Shown piece by piece: positions 60,834-64,000 of a DNA stretch of 64,000 nucleotides (positions are counted from its first letter, which is position 1; each line of letters starts with the position of its first letter). The DNA comes from Basidiobolus meristosporus CBS 931.73 (Eukaryota > Fungi > Basidiobolomycota). Below the pieces are notes generated by a model that was not told the DNA's origin, did not search any database, and saw nothing but the letters and a program-made list of their open reading frames with translations. Where the stretch lies: the NCBI GenBank assembly GCA_002104905.1, contig MCFE01000435.1:1-64000 (forward strand), written 5' to 3'. A program made the translations under genes and the position numbers.

Positions 60834-63341
60834 TTAGAAGATAAATTGGTTGTGGGCCATTGGCAATTCGGTGGCAGGAACACATGTCATGTGGACATCA
60901 TCGGCATACACTTCGTATGTCTCCGGATCAACTCTCATCTTTGGAAGCGCATCGTTAAGCTTCATGTCGGTCTTCTTGACGCTGCGGCAATTCTTGACGG
61001 CCTCGATGGTCTTGTTTAGGTTGTATCCCTTAACGACTCCCGAATCAACCGAGTCTTTACTGACGAGGGCTAGTGCACGTATACCCAAGCCGAACGAACC
61101 GAACATTTCACGGCCAATGATGGGCTCTGTGGTGGGGATCGATGCGTTGGCATCACCCATATTGGCCCAGGCAACAACTCCTCCTTTGATGACGATCTCA
61201 GGCTTCGTGCCAAAGAAAGCGGGGCTGTACATGACCAAATCGGCGTATTTTCCGGCCTCGATGGAGCCCAAAAGATGGCCACATCCGTGTGCAAGTGCCG
61301 GGTTAATGGTGTATTTGGCAACATATCGCCTGGCGCGGAAGTTGTCGTTCTCTTGCTTTCCTTTCTCGTTGGGGGCCGGCAAGTGGCCTCTCTGGACTTT
61401 CATCTTGTGGGCGGTTTTCCAAGTTCTGGAGATGACTTCGCCAATACGTCCCATAGCCTGGGAATCGGAGGATATGATGGAAATGGCCCCGATGTCGGTA
61501 AGAACATCTTCGGCGGCAATGGTTTCCGCACGAATTCTGGATTCGGCAAAGGCAACGTCTTCAGGGATGCGCTTGTCCAGATGATGGCAGACCATCAACA
61601 TGTCGACGTGCTCGTCTAATGTGTTGTTGGTGTACGGGCGGGTTGGACTAGTGGAGGAGGGGAGAACAGACGGCTCTCCGCAAACACGGATGATATCTGG
61701 GGCATGGCCACCACCGGCACCTTCCGAGTGATACGTGTGGATGGTTCTCCCATTAAACGCCTTGATGGAAGCTTCGACATAGCCGGACTCGTTCAGCGTG
61801 TCGGTGTGGATGGCTGCTTGGACATCGAACTCATCACACACGGTCAGACAGGCGTCAATGGCAGCAGGGGTAGATCCCCAATCCTCATGCAGCTTCAGCC
61901 CCAAAGCTCCCGCCCTTACTTGCTCTCTGATGGCATCTGTGTTGGAGCAATTACCCTTGCCCGTGAAGCCAATGTTGATGGGGAAGCTGTCGGTGGCTTG
62001 AAGCATGAACTTGATGTTGTATGCGCCTGGGGTACAGGTGGTAGCATTGGTGCCAGTGTTTGGTCCGGTGCCGCCACCGATCATGGTGGTGATTCCGGTG
62101 CCTAAGGCTTCGGCGCACAACTGTGGGCAAATGAAGTGGACGTGAGTATCGATTCCACCAGCAGTGAAGATGTGACCTTCCCCGGCAAGGGCTTCGGTCG
62201 AGGCGCCAACAATCATCCCTGGGGTCACACCGTCCATCACATCAGGATTGCCGGCTTTGCCAATACCGACGATCCTATCACCCTTGATACCAATATCAGC
62301 CTTGATGATGCCAGTGTAATCCACGATAATCGCGTTCGTGATCACCAGGTCGAGGCAGTCATCATCCGAGACGCCAGTATTCTGGCCCATGCCCTCACGC
62401 AGAACCTTGCCTCCGCCAAATTTACATTCATCGCCGTAAACGGTGTAATCCTTTTCGATTTCTATAAAGAGGTCCGTGTCACCAAGTCGGATCTTGTCAC
62501 CCACTGTAGGGCCGTACATGTCTACATACGTGGACCGCTCCAGGGCGAAGGGCTTCGGTGCAGGAAGTGGGGGCTGATCACGATGCTGGAAGCCTAGTTT
62601 TTTGCATTTCTCCACGATTTGTGCAGCCTTCGAGCGATCAACCTTTCCTGTGGCGATGTTGTTTCCTCCGGTGATGACCTGTTCGCCACCAATATCGACC
62701 ATTGTCACGGTCTTGGATTCGCCAGGCTCGAAGCGAACAGCCGTTCCGGCGGCAATATCCAACCGGCGGCCGTAAGCAACTCCACGGTCAAAGCACAGGT
62801 GGTCGTTGGTCTCAACAAAGTGGTAGTGGGAGCCGACCTGAATGGGTCGGTCTCCGTTGTTCGTTACCACCAAGGCCACACGCTCTCTGTCGGGCACAAG
62901 CGTGATCTTCTCCGTTCTGATCACGGTGCTGCCCGGAAGGCTGTGCTTGTCTATCTCGGTTGCAGGCGGGAAGATGTCCAACGACGGTATGGGCAAGTAG
63001 GAGCCATACAGCGCCAGCTCGAGATTGCCATCATCTGTACAAATGGGGTCGTGGACGGTAACCAAAAACGTGCTCTCCGCAAAGGTACCTTCGACCTGAA
63101 CTTCGTGGAGGGTAGCCAGCACGGCAGGTCGAACCTGTCGTCGCCCAAGGAGCTGCCGGCCGATATCCATCACCTCCGAGACAGAGTGCTTACCATCTCT
63201 CATCAGCTCGAGGGCTTGGGACGCGATAAGTGCACAGGCTTCGCTGTGGTTGAGTTGAACGCCCCTAGCTAGACGCATCTGAGCCAAGTAGCCAACTTGG
63301 TGAAGCATCAGCTTATCCATTTCTCTGGGAATTAACTTCAT
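60834..63341 (-). CDS. URE1: Urease, eukaryotic fused gamma-beta-alpha type, 835 aa, intronless
   Basis: [40 protein letters not shown] and SSDSQAMGR: nickel ligands and flap Cys present. Confidence 0.98.
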   Translation of the reverse strand: MKLIPREMDKLMLHQVGYLAQMRLARGVQLNHSEACALIASQALELMRDGKHSVSEVMDIGRQLLGRRQVRPAVLATLHEVQVEGTFAESTFLVTVHDPICTDDGNLELALYGSYLPIPSLDIFPPATEIDKHSLPGSTVIRTEKITLVPDRERVALVVTNNGDRPIQVGSHYHFVETNDHLCFDRGVAYGRRLDIAAGTAVRFEPGESKTVTMVDIGGEQVITGGNNIATGKVDRSKAAQIVEKCKKLGFQHRDQPPLPAPKPFALERSTYVDMYGPTVGDKIRLGDTDLFIEIEKDYTVYGDECKFGGGKVLREGMGQNTGVSDDDCLDLVITNAIIVDYTGIIKADIGIKGDRIVGIGKAGNPDVMDGVTPGMIVGASTEALAGEGHIFTAGGIDTHVHFICPQLCAEALGTGITTMIGGGTGPNTGTNATTCTPGAYNIKFMLQATDSFPINIGFTGKGNCSNTDAIREQVRAGALGLKLHEDWGSTPAAIDACLTVCDEFDVQAAIHTDTLNESGYVEASIKAFNGRTIHTYHSEGAGGGHAPDIIRVCGEPSVLPSSTSPTRPYTNNTLDEHVDMLMVCHHLDKRIPEDVAFAESRIRAETIAAEDVLTDIGAISIISSDSQAMGRIGEVISRTWKTAHKMKVQRGHLPAPNEKGKQENDNFRARRYVAKYTINPALAHGCGHLLGSIEAGKYADLVMYSPAFFGTKPEIVIKGGVVAWANMGDANASIPTTEPIIGREMFGSFGLGIRALALVSKDSVDSGVVKGYNLNKTIEAVKNCRSVKKTDMKLNDALPKMRVDPETYEVYADDVHMTCVPATELPMAHNQFIF

Positions 63342-63741
63342 GTTGCAAACAGTGGTTGGTGGAAAGAGACGATCTGGACAGTTACTAGGCCTGAGCTATG
63401 CCAGCCCCAAATTTATAGAGAAACGTAATATTCACAATGCACCGGTGTCGATCGAGACTCGGGTGACGATAGGCAAATTCCGCCTCTTACCGCCTCTTGT
63501 GGTGTGAAATAGAGTCATGCTCCCATATTGTCTGGTTCATACACGTAATTGAGCTGCTCGCTGTGATACGCTGTCAAGGCGGCGGCTCTTGGATCTGCAT
63601 ATTATCTACCAATGATGAGATCCTCAATAGGGATTGGACAGTCCTGATCTCTAAACCTGTTTGGCTGTTCTTCATCCCAGATTTACCAGCTTTGATGCTC
63701 AAATTCTGAAGGTAGCCAATCTGTAGGCTTCAAGTAGAACA

Positions 63742-63821
63742 TCCAGGGTGTTGAGTGTGGCCTGGTCTTAATGATGCTAACTCCGGGGTGTTGAGTGTGG
63801 CCTGGTCTTAATGATGCTAAC
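63742..63821. repeat. 40-bp tandem duplication upstream of urease
   Basis: TCC(A/G)GGGTGTTGAGTGTGGCCTGGTCTTAATGATGCTAAC x2, one mismatch. Confidence 0.9.
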
Positions 63822-64000
63822 ACGTCAGACCAATGCTAATTAACGTAGTTTCAAATACTAAAGATTGCTTTGTCTCAACTCTTTCTAGAAATCGTGGTTA
63901 TTCACTTGACTAGTGGTTTCCATCCAAGTGGTTGCCAGCTACTCAAATCATTTCATGTTGTAAGACACTAGGGCCGGGAATAGTCTGAGATGGCGCATTT

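Noticed and set aside
61448-61456. ATATCCT on the urease coding strand as a U12 donor
   Set aside because: Encodes the conserved IISSDS active-site segment in an uninterrupted ORF.
60850-63272. Several long plus-strand ORFs over urease, and similar ones over Zwilch and the aquaporins
   Set aside because: Antisense frames of well-supported genes.
44409-63341. Bacterial horizontal origin of urease or the aquaporins because they are intronless
   Set aside because: Urease has the eukaryotic single-chain linker, and the aquaporins look like eukaryotic glyceroporins. Only a phylogeny could reopen this.
1-64000. tRNA, rRNA, snRNA genes, telomeric arrays or a tyrosine-recombinase giant element
   Set aside because: None recognised by eye. 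Small RNAs could be missed without covariance-model searches.

Overview
Eukaryotic genomic DNA, most likely from an early-diverging (non-Dikarya) fungus. This is inferred from a Zn2Cys6 factor, a CBM19-type protein and ~60-nt introns, together with Zwilch, an SNX9-like sorting nexin and a U12-type AT-AC intron, which are generally absent from Dikarya. The window has two domains. (1) 1-~38.3 kb is a strongly CpG-depleted nest of decayed transposons that can be largely reconstructed from termini and target-site duplications (TSDs). It holds a 3.39-kb PIF/Harbinger-superfamily (PHIS) element with ANT targets, two divergent ORFs and a foldback MITE; a ~5.4-kb EnSpm/CACTA-type element with CCCTATG termini and two divergent ORFs; a Ty1/copia family nested in itself; and two other solo LTRs carrying heat-shock-element arrays. 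(2) ~39-63.4 kb is CpG-normal gene-rich DNA: a secreted mucin-like CBM19 protein, two tandem aquaglyceroporins, an IQM-like protein, Zwilch, FEN1, PPCS/CAB2, a Zn2Cys6 factor, an SH3-PX-BAR sorting nexin and an intronless urease. Best leads: the AT-AC minor-spliceosome intron in PPCS, a Zwilch intron that cannot be spliced in frame with canonical sites, the two transposon families with unrecognised partner ORFs, and the HSE-bearing LTRs. All alignments and counts were done by eye; coordinates inside decayed repeats are approximate unless a TSD is quoted.
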